Shown: positions 36,650-45,993 of the stretch, one piece after another
Layout of the letters: each line of letters opens with the position of its first letter
How positions within the stretch are numbered: position 1 is the stretch's first letter
Assembly: GCA_043816005.1 (NCBI GenBank)
Contig: JBDRIM010000005.1
Coordinates: forward strand, 1 to 46,178
DNA: 46,178 nucleotides
Direction: 5' to 3'
Source of the DNA: Candidatus Micrarchaeota archaeon
Lineage (GTDB): Archaea > Micrarchaeota > Micrarchaeia > Anstonellales > Bilamarchaeaceae
Made by a program: the position numbers and the translations under genes
Notes under the pieces: model-generated
Database searches by the model: none
The model's input: only the letters and a program-made list of their open reading frames with translations
What the model was told of the DNA's origin: nothing

Positions 36650-37885
36650 TTAATAACGTCTATTTCTTCTATCTCTTGGCCTATTCCTTCGTGTATCATC
36701 ACGAGTTGATCTTGGATAACGATCATTTGAATGACCTGAACCACCACGATTACCACTTGAATCATGATTACTAGAATTTCTCGGGTTTCGGTTGCCAAAA
36801 TTAGAACGATTACTAGAACTTGATCGGTTTCCACCCCTTCGCTTTGGAAGTGGGTCAGTTTCTACAAATGTTATCGCTCTGCCACCCTTACCCATACGAC
36901 CAGTTCTGCCAATACGATGAGTATGCATCTCACTACTATCTGCTTGGTCATAGTTGATTACATGTGAAATATCTTCCACGTGCAACCCCCTAGCTGCAAC
37001 ATCAGTTGCTATAAGTATTCTGAATCTACCTTCTTGAAATTCACGTAGAGTCCGTTCACGTTGGGTTTGGCTTTTTCCACCATGTAAGTATTTTGCTTCT
37101 ACGCCCTCACGATTTAATTTGTGGCAAACTGCTTCAACTTGCCATTTTGAAGCAACAAAAACAAGTGTTCTTGAATTTGGTTCGCTTGTAAGAATTTGTT
37201 TAAGCCGGTCAAGTTTTTCTGCTCTGCTTAATTTTATGAATTCCTCATCGATTTTGTCAACTTTGCCAACAGGACCTATTTCGATAATTTCAGGCGTTTT
37301 TATATAATCCTGAATAATCTTTCTTATTGCAGGTTCCAAAGTTGCTGAAAAAAGCATAATCTGCCGTTCTGGATTTATTTGTTTTAGTATACGGTCGATA
37401 TCAGGTTTGAAGCCCATATCAAGCATCCTATCTGCTTCATCAAGAACAATGCAATTTATTGTGGAAAGTTTTATGGTTCCGCGTTGAACATGATCCAACA
37501 AACGACCTGGAGTTGCTACTACAATATCATATCCGCGTCTCAATGCAGAAATTTGATGTCCCATACCAGCACCACCATAAACGGCAAAAACACTCAGACG
37601 ATGGTTTTTTGCAATCGATCGTATTTCAGTGGTAATCTGAACTGCAAGCTCTCTTGTTGGTGCAAGGATAAGACATTTCTTGGTCTTGTCCTTACATATG
37701 ACTTCGATTAAACCAATGCCAAATGCAGCAGTTTTACCTGTTCCGGTTTGGCTTCTAACTACAACTGATTCCCCTTGAAGAATAAATGGAATTGTTTTTT
37801 CCTGTACTTCAGTTGGATTTTCATAACCAATTTCATTCAAAGCTTCAATTGTCCTTCTACTTATATTCATTTCATTAAATTTCAT
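36650..37885 (-). CDS. DEAD-box RNA helicase
   Basis: Q motif, SQTGTGKT, PTRELA, TPGR, DEAD, SAT, ARGLH, HRIGRTGR; R/S/N-rich tail. Confidence 0.95.
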   Translation of the reverse strand: MKFNEMNISRRTIEALNEIGYENPTEVQEKTIPFILQGESVVVRSQTGTGKTAAFGIGLIEVICKDKTKKCLILAPTRELAVQITTEIRSIAKNHRLSVFAVYGGAGMGHQISALRRGYDIVVATPGRLLDHVQRGTIKLSTINCIVLDEADRMLDMGFKPDIDRILKQINPERQIMLFSATLEPAIRKIIQDYIKTPEIIEIGPVGKVDKIDEEFIKLSRAEKLDRLKQILTSEPNSRTLVFVASKWQVEAVCHKLNREGVEAKYLHGGKSQTQRERTLREFQEGRFRILIATDVAARGLHVEDISHVINYDQADSSEMHTHRIGRTGRMGKGGRAITFVETDPLPKRRGGNRSSSSNRSNFGNRNPRNSSNHDSSGNRGGSGHSNDRYPRSTRDDTRRNRPRDRRNRRY

Positions 37886-37905
37886 TTTTTTAATTCACCC
37901 TTAAA

Positions 37906-38150
37906 GAAAATCGATCATGAAATCAGCATCTGATTTCGTGAGAATTTTTCGAATGAGTTTTAACTCTTCGAAAAATCTGATTTCGATTATTTTCGATACT
38001 CTTTTTTAGGGAGAATAGATTACAATAACTAAAATCAGAATTTTCTGTTTATTGTAACAATATTACAGTAGTACTTATTAATGCTATTCTTTTTTTAGTT
38101 AACTGATCGCTTCGCGATTTTTGTTGTTGAACTCGCCTTCGGCTCGTTGT
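37906..38150. repeat. Hairpin cluster between tRNA-Glu and the helicase gene
   Basis: GAAATCAG-cat-CTGATTTC 37919-37937; TTTTTCGAA...TTCGAAAAA; ATCGC-ttc-GCGAT 38106-38118; GCC-ttc-GGC. Confidence 0.7.
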
Positions 38151-38171
38151 TTTGGATACCAAAACAAAAAA

Positions 38172-38278
38172 TGCTCCGTCAGGGATTTGAACCCTGGTCG
38201 ATGGAGTGAAAGTCCACTATCCGTAGCCCACTTACAATATAAAATTGTCAGTGATTGACCGGTCTAGACGAACGGAGC
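38172..38278 (-). tRNA. tRNA-Glu(TTC) with a 32-nt D-loop intron at 21/22 (38223-38254)
   Basis: Minus strand: GCTCCGT/ACGGAGC-A acceptor; GTGGA-CTTTCAC-TCCAT anticodon arm; CAGGG-TTCAAAT-CCCTG T-arm; BHB GGTC-AA^T-CACT...AGTG-GGCT-AC^G. Confidence 0.92.
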
Positions 38279-38877
38279 GAAATAAACCTATTTTTATGGT
38301 ATGTATTTCTAAAGCCGATTTCTTTATAATATCGATAGATAAGAGATTTCTGGCCAATATAGGTCTGGCCAACCTCATCTTTCCTAATAGACCAGGCGGC
38401 TATTTTATAGTTTAACACCCCCATGGCTTTAGAAAAAGATTCTCTCAGTTTTGGAATTCTGCACTTGAACCATATGTAGGGATAGTCCCTCCCGGTAATG
38501 GGGCATACAGAACCGTCAGTATCAATTAAGCCCCGAATACACGCCCGTAGATATTTTTTAGAACCAAAAACCCATGAGGGGATTTCCACATTATTTACGA
38601 CCTTATTTCCAGTTGGAAAGCCCAGTTCATTAAGTTTTGAAGCAGTACTTTTAGTTTGACTATATATTTGTACTGCGTTCAGCCAGTGTCTTTTTATTTT
38701 AAATTTTGCAGATAAGGTCGTTTCTAACAATGGTTTCACATAATGGACCAAATAGTTGAAATCGTGTTTTAAGTGACCAGTAACGACAATTTGCACAACA
38801 CCATGTTGTTCATTAGCATAGATACTGCCGTCACCAAGAAATATCCCTAATATTTCTGCAAGCTTCTCCTTATTCAT
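38248..38877 (-). CDS. Free-standing two-motif LAGLIDADG homing endonuclease
   Basis: LAEILGIFLGDG and IRGLIDTDG, both with the acidic catalytic residue. ATG at 38877 lies about 30 nt below a TTTATAAA box. The 3' end overlaps tRNA-Glu. Confidence 0.88.
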   Translation of the reverse strand: MNKEKLAEILGIFLGDGSIYANEQHGVVQIVVTGHLKHDFNYLVHYVKPLLETTLSAKFKIKRHWLNAVQIYSQTKSTASKLNELGFPTGNKVVNNVEIPSWVFGSKKYLRACIRGLIDTDGSVCPITGRDYPYIWFKCRIPKLRESFSKAMGVLNYKIAAWSIRKDEVGQTYIGQKSLIYRYYKEIGFRNTYHKNRFISLRSSRPVNH

Positions 38878-38965
38878 ACTAACCAAAATAAATGACACAA
38901 CGACCGTTTATAAATAATATTCGACACCGTATTTCCGCAGATAAACGGGACACACAGAACGAGAT

Positions 38966-39535
38966 TTATTGTAAACATTGCATTATATCAGCTTGCACTG
39001 AGACTATGTCTTTTCGAGCATCAATTTTATGCCAACTTGGTGTTAAAAATCTTTCTTCAAAGAGTTTTAGGAAGGCAGAACGCACTTTACTGAGGTAAAA
39101 CGCATTTTCTTCATATCTATCAAGCTTTTTTTGCTGTGATTTTCTGGCTTGTGAAGTTTTTTCATCAATGTCAAGCAAAACCACCATATCTGGTTTTAGA
39201 AATTTTCCTTCAACAAGCTTTTTAGCTTCCGTATAGGAAAAACTATCAAGCTCATATGCAATTGTAGAAAGTACATACCTATCGAGAATAACGTATTTGT
39301 TTTCAGTGAGTGCTTTTTTTATGTTTTTTTGGTCTTCCAGAATATCTGAAAGAAAAAGCATGAATAGTTCTTTTGGTTCGATTGAGATTTTTTTCTCTAA
39401 ATAGTCATTCAGAATTTTATTGTTTTTTGTAGGATATTTCATTACAACCGCATTGAGTTTCTCTTTGAGCAAACTAATCTGAGTGTCCTTACCACAGCCA
39501 TCAATACCTTCAAAAACAATTAGTTTACCAGTCAT
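38966..39535 (-). CDS. tmk: Thymidylate kinase
   Basis: FEGIDGCGKDTQ, ILDRYVLSTIAY, KPD. Confidence 0.92.
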   Translation of the reverse strand: MTGKLIVFEGIDGCGKDTQISLLKEKLNAVVMKYPTKNNKILNDYLEKKISIEPKELFMLFLSDILEDQKNIKKALTENKYVILDRYVLSTIAYELDSFSYTEAKKLVEGKFLKPDMVVLLDIDEKTSQARKSQQKKLDRYEENAFYLSKVRSAFLKLFEERFLTPSWHKIDARKDIVSVQADIMQCLQ

Positions 39536-39559
39536 GAAAATCAACAGAAAAATAAAAAA

Positions 39560-42500
39560 TTACTTTTTAGTAGGTTTCTTAGCCATGTGACCAAGAACGA
39601 TGTAAGCGAATACACCAACTAATAAAAGCACTATTGGAATCCAGATAAAGTTAACTATATCAGCCAGAACTTGCTTACCTGGTTCACCACCTGGTGATTT
39701 TGCCAGAGCAACAAGATTGGTTGTCTTTATCACCTGACCATCTTTAAGTAAAGCAACTTGGTAGATACCTTCATTGATAAGTGGCACACCAAGTTTGCCG
39801 TCCTGATCTGTTTTACCAGTGGTTACTTTGCCAGTTGGATCAGTTAACTGATAATCACAGAAAGAACATGGTGTTTGGTCTTGTGTGAAATCACAGTTCT
39901 TCTCTTCGCCTACTTTACCTGATTCGCAAATTACATCACCAATAAAACAAATATTGTTGATACAATCACCGATAGGACAAATGGGGCATCCTTCTTCAGG
40001 ACCGCATTGGTATAGTGTAATTGTGTGATTTTTTATTTCACCACAACCAACAAGAGGTTTGCATGAACCATCAACACAAATTGAATCATCAGCACAATCA
40101 GTATCGATAGTACATCCTGGTTTTGTTTTCTGAGTACATACGTGTTCAGTACACACTTCGTTAGTACCACACATGCTATCAGAACAGCACTGGTATTCAA
40201 TGCATTGATGAGTAGTTACGAAACCACAAGCACATGGCACAGGAACACATTGATTATTAGAACATTTTTGATTTTCAGGACAATCAATATCAGTAACACA
40301 TTCGTATGTTACTGTAGTAACACATTCATCACAATCTTCTTCCAAGAAAGTTGTTGAATCAGAAAGATAACCAGATTTACCAGCATAAACTTGAAGTTCC
40401 TGGCCACATCCATCAAATTTTATTCTACCGTTGCTATCAGTTGTACCCAAATCTATTATACCATCAACAAATCTTGGAGTATATTGCTCATATTTGTTAT
40501 CCGTTAGTTGGGTGTTAGTAAGACTATTTTCAGAGTTAGGATAGTCTGCCGTTAGACTGTTTTCGGAATTTGGATATGCTGAGTCTGTTGGATTGTTTTC
40601 AGTGTTTAGATTGACGGAATTATCTATGATGTAATTCTCAGAATTCATATTTGGTGATGTGTCTGGTAGGTAACTTTCAGAGTTTGGATAATTAGTTGTA
40701 ATATAATTCTCAGAATTTGGATATGCTGATGAGGCAGTAAGACTATTTTCAGAATTTAGATTTCCTGAATAGTAGGAGATATACGAGTAAGTGTTTGGAT
40801 AGGTAGATACACTTGTCAAAACAACTCTAACCCCAGAAACTGGATCTCCACCACTTGTCACAGTGATAACATTTTCATCGCATGAACTAGTGACTTCGAT
40901 AGACAATGAGGGTGTATCATAAGTCTTACCATTATCATCATCGGTAACATCAGCCTCAGCAGCTGCTTCAGCAAAATAGGAATATGTACTGTGCACACTA
41001 AGAAGTGAGAAATTAAAACTATCTGCACTTTCGTTCTGAGTTGCATTGTTCGTAAGATCAATCCAATCAGAGCCATTCCATTCATATGGTACAATAGATG
41101 CTTCTGTAAGGCCAGACGAATTGTAATACATTGTAAAGTTTATTGGAATTGTTGTGTTTTTTGTACCTGACGATGTTTGGTTAGATAGAACATCATAGAA
41201 TGATATGTTTGCACTTTCACCAGTCCAACTCCCAGTTGGAGCAGTAGAAATCAAATTTTCTGCATCAAATATAAGATTATAATCATAGACAATGTTTGAA
41301 AGGTTGGCTGAGATTACGGTGCCATTAAGCGAAAGACGGTCCAGCATAACTCCAGATGTTGAATTCAAGAGTCTAAGATCATAATAGTGCTGACATTGTG
41401 GATAACTTATATTTTGCGATGGATTTGTATAGCTAGTTATGTTGGTTAATGTAATATTTGTAGAATCAGATATATAGATACTTTCATTTGCACCCGTTAT
41501 CACAAGATTTGTAAAATTACTATCTAATACATAGTCAGTAAGATAAGCAATTGATATGCCTGTTACATTCGTATTCGTTATAGAAAATCGTGAAAGGTTA
41601 TTAGATTGACCCGAAAGATAGAAACCATAAACATCAGTTGATCGGTATATGTATTCATCTTCCTTACAATCAAAGGTTGGAGAAGCGACTGAGACCGGAG
41701 TATAAAGATAACCAAGTGATGATGATGCAAAACGAATTTCAGTTGGTCTGTCATCCATTGTCGATGGAAGAGAACTGGCGGTTCCATCATAAGTAAGATT
41801 ATTCATATCAAAAACAAAATCACTTGAATCATGAACCTGTACAGATCTACGAAAATTATTATAGAATGTATTGTTTCTTACTGTTGAACTTGAACCAAAT
41901 GCACCTGTAATATACAAACCTTGGTAATTAGATTGAATTTTATTATTAGAGAGATTAAGAGTAACATTATCCCCTAACCCAGCAAGAAAGATACCAGCAC
42001 CAGCATCAGAAGTATAGAGATAATTACCAATAACAGAATTTGTTATAGTGAATGCAGTTTGCGAAGGAGGATAAGAAAGGTAATTAGTGATATCGCTAGC
42101 TTCGCCGTCTATATAGGAAAGAACTTCTGCAGCTGAATTGTTGATGGTTACATTGTGGATTGTTACATTACCAGTTTGATTGAAAAAGAAGATTGGTAAG
42201 GATTCATATTCAAAAGACATATTAGCAATTGTTACATTCTTATTGCAGTTGAAAAGCCAAATTACCCCCACACCAGAAGTAAAGGACATGGTTGATTGAC
42301 AATCGTCATCATAGTAAAGAGTTTCACCGTCAACTGTATTGGACGTGTCAATATCTAGATTATTATTCCTTACCCATAGGTCAGAACCAAGATGAGCATT
42401 TTGATAATTATTAGTTAGGTTAGTGAAGGTTAATGTTTGATTAACTCCATCTCTCAGATAAAGACCAATATGTGAATAGGTAGCTGTGTTTCTAGAAAAG

Positions 42501-43267
42501 TTAGTAAAATTACCATTTATACTGAAACCAACATCAGAATTGTTTACGGTGTTATTGAAGAAAGTAGTACCGTTTGTGTTTATATCATTTACAAAACCAG
42601 CATAAACTTGCTGTGCAGATGAATTTGTTATTTTATTTTGATTTGAGTAACCAGTGAGGAAATAACCGCCAGCACCCAGTGTAAATGTAAGATTTGTTGA
42701 ATTTGTATTAGTCATGTTATTTCCATAAAAACCATATGAATTAGAATAATTGTAGTTGGTGAAAGATAAATTAGTGAATGCACAATTTGAGACATTATTT
42801 GCGTATACCCCATTTGTACTTGATGCAGTAAAATTTGTGAATGCTAAATTTGAAAGTGCGCAGGTAGCAGCAGGCGTAACATTGTTTAGATAAATGCCGT
42901 AAGAGTAGCTTTCGTTAAAATTAGTGAAAGAAATATTGTCAAGAGTGAGGGTGGATGCAGTATTGTTAACATAGACACCATAGCGACTGTTGTTTATATT
43001 ACCATTAATAATAGTGTGACCAGCAGAAGAATTAACATATATTGCAATTGAGGTATCACTATTGTTGGCATTTGAAATTGTGAAACCTGCCATATTCAAG
43101 TACATCCCAGCGGACATATTGAAACATATCTCATAACCAGTTGCATCAATATCAGTAGTAAGACTATTTATACTCTCGGTGATAGTGCCGCACGTAGCAA
43201 AATATCCATCAGCATGCAAACTCGAAACAAATAACAGAATAGCCAGAAAAATGATATACCTGTTCAT
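39560..43267 (-). CDS. 1235-aa surface glycoprotein: right-handed beta-helix (NosD/CASH-like), NSEN repeats, Cys-rich repeats, C-terminal TM anchor
   Basis: Signal peptide; N/T/S-rich parallel beta-helix pattern with many N-x-S/T sequons; C.TD.DC....C....C repeats; TM followed by a basic tail. Confidence 0.85.
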   Translation of the reverse strand: MNRYIIFLAILLFVSSLHADGYFATCGTITESINSLTTDIDATGYEICFNMSAGMYLNMAGFTISNANNSDTSIAIYVNSSAGHTIINGNINNSRYGVYVNNTASTLTLDNISFTNFNESYSYGIYLNNVTPAATCALSNLAFTNFTASSTNGVYANNVSNCAFTNLSFTNYNYSNSYGFYGNNMTNTNSTNLTFTLGAGGYFLTGYSNQNKITNSSAQQVYAGFVNDINTNGTTFFNNTVNNSDVGFSINGNFTNFSRNTATYSHIGLYLRDGVNQTLTFTNLTNNYQNAHLGSDLWVRNNNLDIDTSNTVDGETLYYDDDCQSTMSFTSGVGVIWLFNCNKNVTIANMSFEYESLPIFFFNQTGNVTIHNVTINNSAAEVLSYIDGEASDITNYLSYPPSQTAFTITNSVIGNYLYTSDAGAGIFLAGLGDNVTLNLSNNKIQSNYQGLYITGAFGSSSTVRNNTFYNNFRRSVQVHDSSDFVFDMNNLTYDGTASSLPSTMDDRPTEIRFASSSLGYLYTPVSVASPTFDCKEDEYIYRSTDVYGFYLSGQSNNLSRFSITNTNVTGISIAYLTDYVLDSNFTNLVITGANESIYISDSTNITLTNITSYTNPSQNISYPQCQHYYDLRLLNSTSGVMLDRLSLNGTVISANLSNIVYDYNLIFDAENLISTAPTGSWTGESANISFYDVLSNQTSSGTKNTTIPINFTMYYNSSGLTEASIVPYEWNGSDWIDLTNNATQNESADSFNFSLLSVHSTYSYFAEAAAEADVTDDDNGKTYDTPSLSIEVTSSCDENVITVTSGGDPVSGVRVVLTSVSTYPNTYSYISYYSGNLNSENSLTASSAYPNSENYITTNYPNSESYLPDTSPNMNSENYIIDNSVNLNTENNPTDSAYPNSENSLTADYPNSENSLTNTQLTDNKYEQYTPRFVDGIIDLGTTDSNGRIKFDGCGQELQVYAGKSGYLSDSTTFLEEDCDECVTTVTYECVTDIDCPENQKCSNNQCVPVPCACGFVTTHQCIEYQCCSDSMCGTNEVCTEHVCTQKTKPGCTIDTDCADDSICVDGSCKPLVGCGEIKNHTITLYQCGPEEGCPICPIGDCINNICFIGDVICESGKVGEEKNCDFTQDQTPCSFCDYQLTDPTGKVTTGKTDQDGKLGVPLINEGIYQVALLKDGQVIKTTNLVALAKSPGGEPGKQVLADIVNFIWIPIVLLLVGVFAYIVLGHMAKKPTKK

Positions 43268-43365
43268 GTGTCAATAGAGCAATTTTAGGTTTATAAACAT
43301 TGCTAAACCCAAACCGAACCCATTTTATAGTTTATAGTCAGTAATAACAAAAGAGAGGTGCTAGT

Positions 43366-44250
43366 ATGGACCTAATTTCAATAAGAGACCTTGACAAAAA
43401 AGACATAGATAAGATTTTGGATGTTGCGGAAGAAGTTTTGAAAGGAAAAAAAATCGACTTAAAAGGCAAAATTTTAGCAAGTTTATTCTTTGAACCATCG
43501 ACAAGAACAAAATTGTCATTCCAGTCCGCTGCACTACGAAATAATATGGGATATATCGACTTTATACCAGAGACAAGTTCATTGAAAAAAGGTGAAAGTT
43601 ATATCGACACTATTAAGACAGTGTCAGGATATGCTGATGTGATGGCAATCAGGCATCCAAAAGAAGGATCAACAAGATTGGCAGCAGATTCGGTAGACAA
43701 ACCAGTGATAAACGGAGGGGATGGAGCAAACCAGCACCCAACACAAACACTGATAGACCTCTTTTCAATAAGAAAAGAAAAAGGACGAATAGAGGGATTG
43801 AATGTCACACTACTCGGTGATTTGAAATATGCAAGAACAATGAGATCATTAGTATATGGGCTTGCAATGTTTGGTGCAAATATAACAATGGTTTCCCCGC
43901 CTGGACTGGAAATGGAACAAAGTTATATTGATGAAATGAAAAAAACATTCAAATTCAATGTTGAAGTGAAAAATGAACCTGAATACTCTGAAGCAGATGT
44001 TCTTTACGTCTGTAGAATACAGCAAGAAAGATTTGCAGATCCATATGAAGCAAAGCGAGTAACTGAAAAATTCACAATTAAAAAAGAAAATTTGAAAGGT
44101 GCAAAAGAAGACCTAATAATACTGCATCCTCTTCCAAAAATAAATGAAATAGAAGTGAGTATAGATCAGATGAAACAAGCAAAATATTTTGAGCAAGCAC
44201 ATTACGGAATACCGGTAAGGCAAGCAGTTTTGGAGTATGCTTTAAGGTGA
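43366..44250 (+). CDS. pyrB: Aspartate carbamoyltransferase catalytic subunit
   Basis: FFEPSTRT, KGES, HPTQ, GDLKYART, RIQQER, HPLP. Confidence 0.97.
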   Translation: MDLISIRDLDKKDIDKILDVAEEVLKGKKIDLKGKILASLFFEPSTRTKLSFQSAALRNNMGYIDFIPETSSLKKGESYIDTIKTVSGYADVMAIRHPKEGSTRLAADSVDKPVINGGDGANQHPTQTLIDLFSIRKEKGRIEGLNVTLLGDLKYARTMRSLVYGLAMFGANITMVSPPGLEMEQSYIDEMKKTFKFNVEVKNEPEYSEADVLYVCRIQQERFADPYEAKRVTEKFTIKKENLKGAKEDLIILHPLPKINEIEVSIDQMKQAKYFEQAHYGIPVRQAVLEYALR

Positions 44251-44254
44251 TATT

Positions 44255-44680
44255 ATGCAGGTAGATCAAATAGAAATGGGAACTGTTGTTGATCATATAA
44301 TGGCAGGAAAAGCAGGAAAAGTGATGAAACTCCTTGATATTGGTGAAAAATATCCACACAGAGTTGCTATTGTACTAAATGTTCCAAGTAAAAGGATGAA
44401 AACAAAAGATATAGTTAAGATAGAAGGGAAAATTGTCTCACAGGAAATGGCTAATTTGATTGCACTGGTTTCGCCAGGTGCCACAGTAAATATTGTGAAG
44501 GGCGGAAAAGTAGAGAAAAAATACAATGTAGTAATGCCAAAAGAAGTTAAGGATTATGGAAAATGCCCAAATCCAAATTGCATTACAGGTGAAAGTGGAC
44601 AAAAATATTTCAAAATTGATAAAGATGGCTACCGCTGCCATTTTTGTGAAAGATTGTTTAAAGCAGAAGAACTCGTGTAA
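44255..44680 (+). CDS. pyrI: Aspartate carbamoyltransferase regulatory subunit
   Basis: GTVVDHI, KDIVKIE, CPNPNCIT, CHFCE. Confidence 0.95.
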   Translation: MQVDQIEMGTVVDHIMAGKAGKVMKLLDIGEKYPHRVAIVLNVPSKRMKTKDIVKIEGKIVSQEMANLIALVSPGATVNIVKGGKVEKKYNVVMPKEVKDYGKCPNPNCITGESGQKYFKIDKDGYRCHFCERLFKAEELV

Positions 44681-44694
44681 AAGGAACCAATGTT

Positions 44695-44747
44695 GTCCTT
44701 GAAAGCCTTGCTTTCAAGACAGTTTTGAACGGATCGCAGTTCAAAAA
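44695..44747. repeat. Two tandem hairpins shared with the SRP-downstream cluster
   Basis: CTTGAAAGC-ctt-GCTTTCAAG 44698-44718; TTTTGAAC-ggatcgca-GTTCAAAA 44723-44746. Confidence 0.8.
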
Positions 44748-44782
44748 CATCCTTTTGAACCTCCTTTTAATAGAGAATTAAT

Positions 44783-45199
44783 ATGTTCTACAAAAATACA
44801 GGAAAAGAAATACTTATACGGCTTGACGATGGCGAAGAGATAATCCAAACACTCAAAGGGATTTGTAAAAACGAAGGAGTTCAAAGTGCACTTATTACTG
44901 GCATTGGAGCTGCAAGAAAAGTTGAAATTGGACATTGGAACACAGAAACAAAAAAATATGATAATAAAAAATTTGAAGGCCTTTTGGAAATTGTTTCTCT
45001 GAATGGAAATGTAACAATTAATGAAGAACCGATGATCCACTTGCACATTTCTATTGGAATGGAAGATTTTTCAACAAAATCAGGCCATTTGATTAGTGCT
45101 GAAATTTATCCAACATGCGAAATTGTCTTGCTACCAATTAGTACAAAAATAACAAGAGAAAAAGATGAGAAAACAGGATTGAATTTACAACAATTCTAA
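44783..45199 (+). CDS. PPC/DUF296 domain protein
   Basis: RLDDGEE, GIGA, EIVSLNGN, HLHI, GHL, TCEI. Confidence 0.9.
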   Translation: MFYKNTGKEILIRLDDGEEIIQTLKGICKNEGVQSALITGIGAARKVEIGHWNTETKKYDNKKFEGLLEIVSLNGNVTINEEPMIHLHISIGMEDFSTKSGHLISAEIYPTCEIVLLPISTKITREKDEKTGLNLQQF

Positions 45200-45217
45200 T
45201 GCTTAACCCTGTCAACT

Positions 45218-45874
45218 TCAGCCAAGATATTTCAAAACAATAAAAAGATGATCTTTGTCAAATGGTTCTAGTTTTATTTTTTCAACAACATCAAATTCTT
45301 TTTCCAATTTAGCTAAAACTTCCTCAAAAACAATTTTTGGTTCCTTAGTAACATCAATACTTTGACTCTTGATGCAGAGCATTGCAATCCCATCTTTTTT
45401 CAAAAACATGTTTGCATTTTTTATCAAAAGTTCCGCTTGATCGGGTTGTGCAACGTCTTGATAAAGAGAATCGACTTTTCCAACATCAGAATATTCCTGT
45501 GGTTGTCTTGCATCTCCTTGAATTGGAATTATATTATTCCTGCGTTCTGAGAGTGTGATTAAAGAACGAAGACATTGGGCAGAAATTTCAACTGAATAAA
45601 TTTCACCTTGCGGTCCCATGATATCGGAAAGATGAGAAATAGTAGTGCCAGTTGAAGCACCTAAGTAAAGAAGTTTAGAACCTGCAGTAAAAGGAAAATT
45701 TTTTAGTCCATTTCGTATTGCAGCGCAAAGCTTGCTTCTGAATGGATCCCACACTCTGTATTCTTTATCATCTTCACGAACGAATTTCTCGTTGTAAACT
45801 CTTCTGCCTTTATCTGCATTGATAGTGAAAATTGTTCTGTTTGATTGAAAAATACCTGGAAAAATTTGATTCAT
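45218..45874 (-). CDS. flpA: Fibrillarin-like rRNA/tRNA 2'-O-methyltransferase
   Basis: YRVWDPFRSKL, LYLGASTGTTISH, DARQP, DVAQPDQ, SID, LEPFDKDH. Start at ATG 45874. Confidence 0.95.
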   Translation of the reverse strand: MNQIFPGIFQSNRTIFTINADKGRRVYNEKFVREDDKEYRVWDPFRSKLCAAIRNGLKNFPFTAGSKLLYLGASTGTTISHLSDIMGPQGEIYSVEISAQCLRSLITLSERRNNIIPIQGDARQPQEYSDVGKVDSLYQDVAQPDQAELLIKNANMFLKKDGIAMLCIKSQSIDVTKEPKIVFEEVLAKLEKEFDVVEKIKLEPFDKDHLFIVLKYLG

Positions 45875-45993
45875 AATAATAAAAAGAACCAAGGTTCTTT
45901 TTAAATCTCCCATAAGGCAACATTTTAGGAACTATTGAACTTTGTACAATTGGCCATTGTAAATAGATTAAAAATATAAAAAATAAAAAATTA

